Part shown: in pieces, positions 39,480 to 48,472 of the stretch
How positions within the stretch are numbered: the first letter of the stretch is position 1
Layout of the letters: every line of letters starts with the position of its first letter
Assembly (NCBI GenBank): GCA_046735395.1
Contig: JBJKQR010000012.1
Location: 128,001-192,000 of the forward strand
Direction of reading: 5' to 3'
Length of the DNA: 64,000 nucleotides
Source: Fidelibacterota bacterium
Lineage (GTDB): Bacteria; Fidelibacterota; Fidelibacteria; Fidelibacterales; DSDE01
Program-made: the position numbers and the translations under genes
The notes under the pieces: generated by a model
Told to the model about the DNA's origin: nothing
Database searches by the model: none
The model's input: only the letters and a program-made list of their open reading frames with translations

Positions 39480-42400
39480 ATGAATAAAGATGAATACATA
39501 AGCGAATTAAAAACTGACATTTATACTTTAATCAATGAATATAAGTTGAATAATCATAAGAGTCAGGCATTTGCCTGGAAGCTAAATGCTGCTTTTAATA
39601 GAACATTTGACGAAAACTATTTATGGAATAGAGCATTGTTTTTAGCAACAAACAGTTGTTTTCTCCTTCAAAATAACGCATATAAAAAAACTGCAATAAA
39701 AGGTCTTTATGAAAGCGCAGAGATTTATGAATATTTAAGTGAACTTCCTGAAATTTCTGAGAAATTTGATAAGGATTACCTTCAAGTGCTATCTGCTTTG
39801 TGTTATGATTTATCAGGATATCAGTCAAATGCATTTTGTGTAGCTGATAGGATTAAAAATCTTGAACTCATAACAGATAAGGAGGATTTAGAACTAAGTA
39901 TTGATAATAAAATAATTGAACAGATACGATTAATACTATTAAAAAAAATTCCTCTTGCCAATAATAAATTAAACGATAGTCGATTAGAAGAAGATTATGG
40001 TTATTCTCTATTTTTAAAGGCAGTTGGTGAGTGGTACGAGTATCTTTTAAAACTTAATGAAGATGATTACTTATTAAGTTTAGAGCAAGTTTATAAACAC
40101 TATCTATATTCAAAAAACACATATATTTCTCATTTGCTATTTCTTCTAAAGACACGTATTAAAATATCTAATGAGAGAAGTATTTGGAACAATCTAAAAT
40201 CTAATGAGTGGATTGCTTCCAATTCACAATGGAAGAAGTATGTTAAACTTCTTGCGTATGATTATTATGCAATCAACTCAATAAAAGATATAAATCAAAG
40301 AAAATCCATTTTTGAGTTTTGGACTTCTCAAATTAGAGCAATTGAAAATGGACTTATAGTTCAGGATGAAAATTTTGTTGTCCAAATGCCAACGAGTGCT
40401 GGAAAAACTTTTATTGCTGAGCTTTCAATTCTTAAATACTTGATTAAATACCCAAATAAAAAATGTGTTTATGTAGCACCTTTTAGAGCGTTGACAAGTG
40501 AAAAGGAGATCGAGCTAAGTAAGTATTTTTCAAAATTAGGATTTTCGGTTTCTTCCCTATCTGGAAGTTATGAAATTGATGAATTTCAAGATGTTGTTTT
40601 ATCTGACTCTGATTTATTAATTGCAACTCCAGAAAAAATTGATTTGCTTCTTAGGCTTAATCCTGATTTTTTTAAAAATGTTGCATTCGTTGTAATAGAT
40701 GAAGGGCAAATAATAGGAGATATCAGCACAAGAGCTACATTACTTGAATTTTTAATAATTAGATTAAGAATAAAAATACCAGAAATAAAGACATTATTTA
40801 TTTCTGCAGTTATGCCACCTGAAAATGCTAATGAATATTCTTTATGGTTAAGTGGCACACCTGATAATGTTCTTAGGTCATTAAAATTTGATGATAGTAA
40901 TACAAATGATGAATGGGAACCGACAAGAAAGCTAATTAGTTACTTTGAATGGGTCGGTGAACATGGAGACATTACTTTTCAAAATGTTGAAACAGAAGAT
41001 GAAAAGACAAGAGTTAAGCAAGGAGCGAAACTTTACTCTTTCTTGAAACACAAGGAATTTGGTAATAAATTTCCTAAAAAGAAAAACAAAAAAGAATCAG
41101 CAGCTGCATTAGCATATAAATTCTCTGAAGATGGAAATACATTAGTGTTTTGTGCACAGGTTCCTCGCATTAAATCAGTTGCAACCTCATTTTTAGAACT
41201 CTTATCTGAGATTGATGATTTACCTGAAAGATTTCAAATTGATTCTAATAGAAAATCATCTTATTATGCCAATCTATGGTTTGGCAGTGAATCTTATATA
41301 ACACAATCTATTCAACATGGTATCGGAATACATTACGGTGATATGCCAGAACAGGTGCGTAATGCGGTTGAAGATGATTTTAGAAACGGTAAGCTTAAAG
41401 TATTATTATCCACTAATACAGTCGGTCAAGGATTGAATTTTCCTATAAAGAATCTAATATTTTATGAGACCCAGATAAATCGTGTTAATGACACCAATAT
41501 TTACATTCAGTTTCGTGATTTTTGGAACATTGTGGGAAGAGCTGGTCGAGCAGGAAAGGAAACAGAAGGGAATATAATTTTCATAATAAACACAGCAACT
41601 GATAGGCGTTTGTACGAAGGTTATATTAATAAAGAAAATATTGAAGATGCAGATAGTCTTTTTTTTAAAGTAGTGGATGCATTAGAAAATAGAGTTGGTT
41701 ATAGAGATAGAAATTTCAATTCAGACCTTTCAATTTTATCGGAGACATATTTGTTAGATTTATTGTCTGAAGAAATAATTGGGACTGAATATGAAGAAAT
41801 AATTGAAAAAATCATCAATAATAGTTTATTTAAAGTCCAATTAGATAAAAGAGGATATGATGTTGAACCAATTAAAAGAGGTTTTAATAGAATTTTTAAA
41901 TCTTTTGAAGATGATTCAACTTATGAACAATTATCAATATATCGTATAACAGGCTTTTCTTACAAAAGCAATAAGATAATAGATGAGTTTATAAGTGAAC
42001 ATCTTGATGATTTATCGGCAATTACTGAAGAAGATAATTATCTTGAAATTGTAAAAATTTTCTTACGGCTAATAACTGAGAATGACATTGATGAATTGGA
42101 AGACTATAAGTTGGACAACTTAAATATCGTGCCTGAAGATTATTATGACATTATTGAACAATGGATTTCTGGCACCACTATTCATGAACTTATTACACTT
42201 TGGCAGAAATCCAAGAATAAGAAAGTTTATGAATTACATATATTTATATCAAAAGCTATGTATTATCTATATCCTTGGGGTTTTTCCTCTTTCTTGTTAA
42301 TTCTTGCTTATAAATTGAATATTCAGTACGAAGATTTTCCTGAGAATATAAAGAATCTAACAAGTTATATAAAGTTTGGAGTTAATAATTCAACAAGTTG

Positions 42401-42908
42401 TCTTGCTCGTTCTATAGGTGTTAAAAGTCGACAAGTTTCAATGCTCTTATTTGAAAGGTCAAATTATCTTGAAGGTAAAAAGTTCATTAGGTGGGTTTCA
42501 AATTTGACTAATATTGAAATTGAATCTTTGGATATTTCAGTATTTGACAAGGAAAACCTGAAAGATGTATCCTTGAAATTGTCCCCTAATAGTTTTAGGA
42601 CAACTGTAAATGAGTTTAAGTTCAATATTAAAGGAACCTTTTTCACAAAAGAATGGTCAGAATTATCACGAGAAATAGAAATAAATGAATCATTAAATTA
42701 TAAAAGAGAAGAACATAATGAATTTGACCCTTATGCAATTCTTATTATGAAAGGAGATAATTCAGTTGGCTATGTTCCTCGAGAGTATTCAAAACTAATA
42801 TCTTCTGAAATAGATATTGATGATACAAGATATAATATCAATGTTACTAAAATCAATGAAAAGGAAAGCTATAATGAAATTGAAGTTCAAATGAATAAAA
42901 TAGAATAG
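39480..42908 (+). CDS. HamB-like Ski2-family SF2 helicase with a C-terminal HIRAN domain
   Basis: QMPTSAGKT, TPEK, DEGQ, SAV, GIHYG, STNTVGQGLNFP, GRAGRAG; C-terminal REEHNEFDPYAI..VGYVPR. Confidence 0.8.
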   Translation: MNKDEYISELKTDIYTLINEYKLNNHKSQAFAWKLNAAFNRTFDENYLWNRALFLATNSCFLLQNNAYKKTAIKGLYESAEIYEYLSELPEISEKFDKDYLQVLSALCYDLSGYQSNAFCVADRIKNLELITDKEDLELSIDNKIIEQIRLILLKKIPLANNKLNDSRLEEDYGYSLFLKAVGEWYEYLLKLNEDDYLLSLEQVYKHYLYSKNTYISHLLFLLKTRIKISNERSIWNNLKSNEWIASNSQWKKYVKLLAYDYYAINSIKDINQRKSIFEFWTSQIRAIENGLIVQDENFVVQMPTSAGKTFIAELSILKYLIKYPNKKCVYVAPFRALTSEKEIELSKYFSKLGFSVSSLSGSYEIDEFQDVVLSDSDLLIATPEKIDLLLRLNPDFFKNVAFVVIDEGQIIGDISTRATLLEFLIIRLRIKIPEIKTLFISAVMPPENANEYSLWLSGTPDNVLRSLKFDDSNTNDEWEPTRKLISYFEWVGEHGDITFQNVETEDEKTRVKQGAKLYSFLKHKEFGNKFPKKKNKKESAAALAYKFSEDGNTLVFCAQVPRIKSVATSFLELLSEIDDLPERFQIDSNRKSSYYANLWFGSESYITQSIQHGIGIHYGDMPEQVRNAVEDDFRNGKLKVLLSTNTVGQGLNFPIKNLIFYETQINRVNDTNIYIQFRDFWNIVGRAGRAGKETEGNIIFIINTATDRRLYEGYINKENIEDADSLFFKVVDALENRVGYRDRNFNSDLSILSETYLLDLLSEEIIGTEYEEIIEKIINNSLFKVQLDKRGYDVEPIKRGFNRIFKSFEDDSTYEQLSIYRITGFSYKSNKIIDEFISEHLDDLSAITEEDNYLEIVKIFLRLITENDIDELEDYKLDNLNIVPEDYYDIIEQWISGTTIHELITLWQKSKNKKVYELHIFISKAMYYLYPWGFSSFLLILAYKLNIQYEDFPENIKNLTSYIKFGVNNSTSCLARSIGVKSRQVSMLLFERSNYLEGKKFIRWVSNLTNIEIESLDISVFDKENLKDVSLKLSPNSFRTTVNEFKFNIKGTFFTKEWSELSREIEINESLNYKREEHNEFDPYAILIMKGDNSVGYVPREYSKLISSEIDIDDTRYNINVTKINEKESYNEIEVQMNKIE

Positions 42909-43373
42909 TCTGCCCTTCGCATCCAGTTAGCTGATTTTTATGACAGTGGGATGATTGACAGGTTTCAACCCAATGGTGTGCAGTTCTCTGGCAGGGGTTG
43001 GGGCGATGAGTTTTCCTTCCAATATGAAAGCAGTGACGGATACCGCTTTGTCCGGGGTCATGATGACTATTATTACTATGCAGAGTTAGGCGCACAGGGT
43101 GATTTCATATCCTCCGGACTGAAAATTGGCATGGACCCGGCACCTGCATCTTCTTATCATTTAAGCCGTGGCGTTGAAAGAGAAATGGAAATGGAAAATG
43201 AAAGAAGCGCAGTTAATGATTATGTAAACTCCAATTTACTGGACTATAAAGTAAAAATGGACTATTTGGATGCAACGAAATCTGGCATACCACACGAGAC
43301 CCGCTTGGCTGTCATTTGCGTGGAATTCCCGGATCAATTAGGGAGTAAAACAGAAACGATTTCAGAAATTTAA
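42909..43373 (+). pseudogene. Fragment of an M6 (immune inhibitor A-like) metalloprotease gene
   Basis: QPNGVQF..WGDEF..DGY..YYYA propeptide pattern; ends just after LAVICVEFPD; no signal peptide and no HExxH. Confidence 0.55.
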
Positions 43374-43570
43374 CTACAGGGAAATTTAAATTCAATTAGT
43401 GTCGTATCACTCTAAAGGAATTGACTCTCATATTGACGATTTATTCGGGATTGGTGGACGGGAAATCCATATTTCCTTTTGTTAAGTTCGGAGCATTTTA
43501 TAAATTAGATAAAATGGGATTAAGTATTAATGATGAAGGTATTATCTAATTATATGTTCAGAGGAGATGT

Positions 43571-45007
43571 ATGAAAGCACGAAACGTCTTGTTTATCGGA
43601 ATGATGGCAGCGTTCAGCTTCTACGGCTGTTCGAAACTTGTTGAAGTGGACGAACATGCGCCGGAAGCCACAGGAGACTGCCTTGATTGCCATGCCAGTC
43701 AGAATATTCTGCAGAAACTGGTGGCTCAGGAGGAAAATACAAGTTCAGGAGGTGGTTGAGGCGGCACAGTGGAGGAGGTTCCTTCATGGCAGAAGAAATA
43801 TGTGAATGCCTTTACCAGTGATCCGAATCATGGCGACCTGTCCTGTACACTCTGTCACGGCAGCGGTATTACTGCGGGCGAGGACGGAGATATGCACGAA
43901 GGTGCTGCGGCCAGCGGTGATTTCATCGCCAATCCGGCTGTGGATCCGGTGAAATCCTGCGGACAGAGCGATGACTGTCACGTTTCCATTGCTGAAAATT
44001 TCAAATATTCACTGCACTTTGCAGTATACGGTGAAAAGAATGCCATCGCGGCCCGGGAAGGTGTGAGCACCTTTGAGGAATGTCCTCAGGCCATTCAGGA
44101 CGGCCATGCCAGCGAATGTTCGGCCTGTCATGCCAGCTGCGGTGACTGTCATATCTCCCGGCCTCAGTCGGTGGGAGGCGGACTGGTATCCGGCCATCGT
44201 TTCAACCGTACGCCCAGCCAGACCGAAAACTGTCAGGCCTGCCACGGATCCCGCATCGCGGTGGATTTCGAAGGGCATACGCTGACGGATACGACCAATC
44301 TGGTCTACGACAACGAACCGAATTACGAGACGAAGCCGGACGTTCATGCGTCCATCGCTCATAACGCCGGTTTCACGAACGAATGCCTGATGTGCCATCA
44401 GGAAGAGGAAATGCATCACGGGATCGCCGAGGCGGACCGGAATACGGTGAACCGCTACAATTATTCCGAAGCGCCCACCTGTATGAAATGCCATGATCCG
44501 CTGCCGGATAATCTCTTCCATACCCAGCACGCAAAAACCAAGACTGCCGGTACGGAACTGCAGTGTCAGATCTGTCACAGCCAGCCCTATGACAACTGCG
44601 ACGGCTGCCACGTGGGCAACGAATGGCAGACCGATCCGGTCTATCAGGCCCGGAATCCCTATTACGGATTCAAGATTGCCAAGAATCCCCTGAAGGATGT
44701 GAACGGCCGGACGGAAGATTATGTGCTCGTCCGCCATGTTCCCGTATCCGAGGATACCTACGCCAACTGGGGCGTGAACAGTATCGCGGCCTATGATCAG
44801 GTGCCCACCTGGAAATACGCCACACCTCATAATATCGTCAAGAACACGCCGCAGACCGCGGCCTGCGCGGCCAACTGCCACGCGTCTTCGACCGCAAACC
44901 AGCAGCTGTTTCTGACGACGTCCTTCCTGCAGGAATACTTCCCCAATGAAGTCACTGCCAATTCCAGCATCGTCATGGACGGAAAATTCTGGGGGGTGCT
45001 CAAATGA
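43571..45007 (+). CDS. Putative selenocysteine-containing multiheme cytochrome c lipoprotein (478 aa, Sec63 at TGA 43757-43759)
   Basis: ORFs 43571-43759 and 43769-45007 share a frame joined by TGA-GGC-GGC-ACA; lipobox FYGC and SD GAGGAG only on the upstream part; 9 CxxCH plus CX5CH and CX3CH; SECIS-like hairpin downstream. Confidence 0.8.
43764..43790 (+). promoter_or_regulatory. Bacterial SECIS-like hairpin
   Basis: GC-A-CA-G-UGGAGGA [GGU] UCCUUCA-UG-GC; first loop G is 18 nt after the UGA. Confidence 0.72.
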
Positions 45008-46254
45008 AAAAGCGATTATTACTCATTCTCATGACCGCTTCCCTGCTGTCCGCGGCGGTGAAGGTGGATCTGGATTACAGCGGTTCGGCTGTATTTCTGA
45101 ACCGGGGCGGAGACGGCCAGTCAGCTGTTAGCATGGAAGAGATCAAAGGGGACCTGGCCGGTCAGCTCACTGAGCCTACGACCCTCTTCCGGCTCTACAA
45201 TGCGGCCGCCGTGAACGTACACGTATCGGACCGGTTCCGGATCTACACCCGGCTGCGCCATGCCTACAGCTTTTATGCTGATGACATGTATACGCCTTTT
45301 GCCCTCAACCGCTTCTATGCGGATTACCGGGGCGACACGTTCAGGATCAGGGCCGGACGCTTCTTCGCGACGGACCGGACGGTCCGTCATGCCATTGATG
45401 GCGCTGCCCTTGACCTGAAATTCAATAAATCCATGCCGACGCATCTGGCTTACGGAGCCCAGGCGCCGTCGGTCTACAGCCGTGTGGCTGCCCCCGATTT
45501 TTACGGGAGACAGTATATCGTGCTTCGTCAGGGAATTCCGGTCGGATCCCTCGGATCGCTGAGCGGGGAATTCACCTACATTCTGGATCACGATGCGGCA
45601 GAAGCCTACCAGCGTATCCTGGCCGCCACCTGGCGCAGCCATCTCGCCGGCTTTGCTGTTCATGCCTACGGTGAATACCGCATGACCGACAGCAAACTGG
45701 GAAATTCGGTTCTGAGCCTGACGCGGGCCTTCGGATCGAAACTGCTGGTGAATGCCGATTACCGGACCGTCCTGCAGAGGGATTTTGTCATTGATCCGGA
45801 AAATGATCTCTACTTCAGCGGCAGCACCTATGATGTGCTGCGGGCCGGGGCTTTCTATGAGCTCAATCATAAGTTCGGACTCGAAGTCTCCCAGCTCACG
45901 ACCTTCTATGAAGAAGAGGTCTGGAGCAACACCACGCTTCAGCTCGTGGGACGGGAATTCGGCGGCATCGGACTTGCCTATGTCCTTAATCCTGACGGCA
46001 GGGAACTGGAAATGTCCGCCAGACTGGCCCACAGTTTCTTCGAAAAACTGAAGGTGGAAGCAGGCCTGAACTATATCACCGAGGCATCGACCTTCGAGGA
46101 TGAATCGCTGAACGGAACGGGTACCTATCTGGGAGCTACCTACAAGGTCCTGAAGGGGCTGGATGCCGGACTGAAAATATTCCAGATGCAGTCACCCCAG
46201 TTCGACTCACGGACCCGGGCCCTCTTTAATCTAAACTACAGGGTGTCGTTATGA
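45004..46254 (+). CDS. Outer-membrane beta-barrel (putative porin of a porin-cytochrome complex)
   Basis: Signal peptide; aromatic-rich alternating beta strands; no CxxCH; ATGA overlaps with both flanking cytochrome genes. Confidence 0.7.
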   Translation: MKKRLLLILMTASLLSAAVKVDLDYSGSAVFLNRGGDGQSAVSMEEIKGDLAGQLTEPTTLFRLYNAAAVNVHVSDRFRIYTRLRHAYSFYADDMYTPFALNRFYADYRGDTFRIRAGRFFATDRTVRHAIDGAALDLKFNKSMPTHLAYGAQAPSVYSRVAAPDFYGRQYIVLRQGIPVGSLGSLSGEFTYILDHDAAEAYQRILAATWRSHLAGFAVHAYGEYRMTDSKLGNSVLSLTRAFGSKLLVNADYRTVLQRDFVIDPENDLYFSGSTYDVLRAGAFYELNHKFGLEVSQLTTFYEEEVWSNTTLQLVGREFGGIGLAYVLNPDGRELEMSARLAHSFFEKLKVEAGLNYITEASTFEDESLNGTGTYLGATYKVLKGLDAGLKIFQMQSPQFDSRTRALFNLNYRVSL

Positions 46255-47099
46255 AAAAGATCATGAATTCCATCATCCTGTCGCTTGTCGTAATGGCGGG
46301 CGCCCTGTCAGCTGAAAATGCCATTGAATTCTCGCATGAGCTTCATGTGGGGGAAATGGAAATCGAATGCAGCCAGTGTCATGAAGGGGTTCCGGAAAGT
46401 ACAGCCGGAACGGATGATCTCTTTACCTTCAGCCACGATGCCTGTTACGACTGCCATGCCGACGATATTGACGGGAACTGCGAAACCTGTCATACGAATG
46501 TGGATGACAATCCCACCTTTCCGCGCATCACCACCCCCATTCCCGGATTTTCCCACAAAATGCATCTGGAAAAAGGGGATATCACCTGCACGACCTGTCA
46601 TGAAGGTATTGCCGAGAGTTCATCACCCGATGACAAGACGGTGGCGAAATTCTCCACCTGCTATGCCTGTCATGAGGAACTGGGAGCCAAACCGGAGTCC
46701 CATGAACTGCACTGGGAAGCGCTGCACGGCGTCACGGCGGCTGCGGATGACGGCGAAAGCTGCTCTGCCTGCCATCGGGACGAAACCTGTATATCCTGCC
46801 ATGAAGGCGACAATACAGCCTTCCAGGTTCATCCCCAGAACTTCCTCCTGATTCACAAGACCGAGTTCATGACGGCCAATATGGAATGCGAAACCTGTCA
46901 CGAACATGACGAATGCGTGGAATGTCACCGCGTCAATGACGTGAAACCGCTGAACCACTCTTCCTCGAACTGGCTCAATTTCGGCCGGGGTGAGGGAGGC
47001 GGAAACCATGCCGCCATGGGTGCATCCCGCATCGAATACTGCATGGCCTGCCATGAATCCGCGGATGAAGAACCCATCTGCGTTGTCTGTCACAAATAA
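46251..47099 (+). CDS. Periplasmic 11-heme cytochrome c (c3/c7-like repeats)
   Basis: Signal peptide; FSHELH; 11 CxxCH (CSQCH, CYDCH, CETCH, CTTCH, CYACH, CSACH, CISCH, CETCH, CVECH, CMACH, CVVCH). Confidence 0.9.
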   Translation: MKKIMNSIILSLVVMAGALSAENAIEFSHELHVGEMEIECSQCHEGVPESTAGTDDLFTFSHDACYDCHADDIDGNCETCHTNVDDNPTFPRITTPIPGFSHKMHLEKGDITCTTCHEGIAESSSPDDKTVAKFSTCYACHEELGAKPESHELHWEALHGVTAAADDGESCSACHRDETCISCHEGDNTAFQVHPQNFLLIHKTEFMTANMECETCHEHDECVECHRVNDVKPLNHSSSNWLNFGRGEGGGNHAAMGASRIEYCMACHESADEEPICVVCHK

Positions 47100-47154
47100 T
47101 CCCTTGCCTCGCACAGGGTGAAAACGTATCTTAAAATAAAATAAGGAGCTCCCC

Positions 47155-47646
47155 ATGAAGAAGTTGTTTTCAATCCTCCTGATGGCCGTGTTCGTGTTAT
47201 CGGCGTCCTCGCTCTTCGCCGGTGATTACAACGGTGCGTCAAAATGTATCATGTGCCATAAAAAACGGAATGAATCGCACGTGACGAAAGTCCAGGCCAT
47301 GAAGCACTGGAAAGCCTTTGAATCGCTGAAAGCCGAAGATCAGAAAAAAGCCGAATGCGTGGTCTGTCATACGACCGGTTTCGGTAACGGCGGGTATGAA
47401 ATCAAGGATGCCGCCTTCTGGGCAAATACGGCTGACAAAGCAGTCAAGCATATGGCCGATCTGCAGTTCGTCGGGTGTGAAGCCTGCCATACGGATCTGA
47501 CCAATGCCGAAAATTTTTCAAATCACAAGAAAAGAGCCTACAAGCCGGTCATGCCCACGGAAGAAACCTGCAAGACCTGCCATAATAAAAAGAGCCCGAA
47601 TTTCAAGGAAGTGAATTTCAAGGAAGAAATGGAAAAATTGAAATAA
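47155..47646 (+). CDS. Tetraheme cytochrome c554-like protein
   Basis: Signal peptide; YNGASKCIMCH, CVVCHTTG, VGCEACH, CKTCH. Confidence 0.85.
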   Translation: MKKLFSILLMAVFVLSASSLFAGDYNGASKCIMCHKKRNESHVTKVQAMKHWKAFESLKAEDQKKAECVVCHTTGFGNGGYEIKDAAFWANTADKAVKHMADLQFVGCEACHTDLTNAENFSNHKKRAYKPVMPTEETCKTCHNKKSPNFKEVNFKEEMEKLK

Positions 47647-47669
47647 GCTTCGGAATGAGGTTAGTTTAT

Positions 47670-47699
47670 AAGCCGCCTTCAACCAGGCGGCTTTTTTTA
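47670..47699 (+). terminator. Intrinsic terminator ending the cytochrome operon
   Basis: AAGCCGCCT-TCAACC-AGGCGGCTTTTTTT. Confidence 0.85.
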
Positions 47700-47710
47700 T
47701 TCCCTGAATT

Positions 47711-47760
47711 TGTAACAAATTCTGACAGTGTCGGGAGGATGAGTGTAACGATTCGTTACA
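47711..47760. promoter_or_regulatory. Two TGT-N11-ACA enhancer (bEBP/PilR-type) sites
   Basis: TGTAACAAATTCTGACA (47711-47727) and the perfect palindrome TGTAACGATTCGTTACA (47744-47760). Confidence 0.6.
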
Positions 47761-47888
47761 ATAGTCGCTTCGGGTATGAATTGAAAAAACAGGTCTGGCC
47801 CGGCCTGAAAGCAGTAAGGGGAGCGCTTTCGGACTGAAATCGGGTAATCCAGGCCCGAATACGGCAAAAAGAGCCTGAAACCCGCATT

Positions 47889-47904
47889 CTGGCATGGAGC
47901 TTGT
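47889..47904 (+). promoter_or_regulatory. Putative sigma54 -24/-12 promoter of the pilin cluster
   Basis: CTGGCATGGAGCTTGT; GG and TTG correctly spaced; upstream TGT-N11-ACA sites. Confidence 0.6.
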
Positions 47905-47918
47905 AGCAGGATAACGAT

Positions 47919-48428
47919 ATGACGAGCGTGAAAACACATGCATCCGGTTTTACCATCCTTGAGCTGGTCATCGTCATTTCCATTCTCGGTACCCTGGCGG
48001 CCTTTGCCATTCCGTCATTTATTCATATCAATCAGGAAGCGAAAGTGAACAAGGCCATGACCGATATCAATACACTCGGATCGGCGGTGGTACAGAAATT
48101 TCATGAACTGGCCGGCCTGTCGTCCGAGTGGCCCACCCTGGCCAATGCCAAATCCATGTCTGCTATTACGAACAGTACAGTCCTTTTTTACGAAAAGACG
48201 AATTATTCCACCATTTACTGGGCGGATCTCTTTCAGTCCAAGACGGTACCGCTCTGTCCCATTGACAAACAGCCCTATCTCATGAATGTGATCAATACCG
48301 GATCGGTGAATTATATCTCCGCGCCCGGCGGATCGGTGATGGCGAATATTGTGGACCCGGAGTTCAAGATTCTCTGGATTTCCCAATCCGCGCCGCCGGA
48401 TACCCTGTCCGCCGTATTCCGGCCATGA
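47919..48428 (+). CDS. Type IV prepilin-like protein
   Basis: SG|FTILELVIVISILGTLAAFAIPSF. Confidence 0.88.
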   Translation: MTSVKTHASGFTILELVIVISILGTLAAFAIPSFIHINQEAKVNKAMTDINTLGSAVVQKFHELAGLSSEWPTLANAKSMSAITNSTVLFYEKTNYSTIYWADLFQSKTVPLCPIDKQPYLMNVINTGSVNYISAPGGSVMANIVDPEFKILWISQSAPPDTLSAVFRP

Positions 48429-48472
48429 TAAAAATTGATTGAATTGAAAAAAAAGCAATGAAGGAGACGACC

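Noticed and set aside
38400..43400. Prophage or IS element carrying the AT-rich island
   Set aside because: No integrase, transposase, terminal inverted repeats or clear target-site duplication were found.
43503..43551. Inverted repeat AATTAGATAA...TTATCTAATT upstream of the seleno-cytochrome as an operator
   Set aside because: AT-rich with a 29-nt spacer; plausible by chance and not matching a regulator motif I recognise.
43757..43759. UGA read as Gly or Trp through an alternative genetic code (the Gly-rich context GGG*GG suggests code 25)
   Set aside because: Many conserved genes here end at TGA at the expected C-terminus (priA, sdhB, glgC, slyD, coaBC), and no other gene shows internal TGA, so the code is 11 and the recoding is site-specific.
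43769..45007. Independent GTG-initiated cytochrome gene, as given in the ORF track
   Set aside because: It has no export signal and is in frame with the upstream lipoprotein signal; Sec readthrough explains it better.
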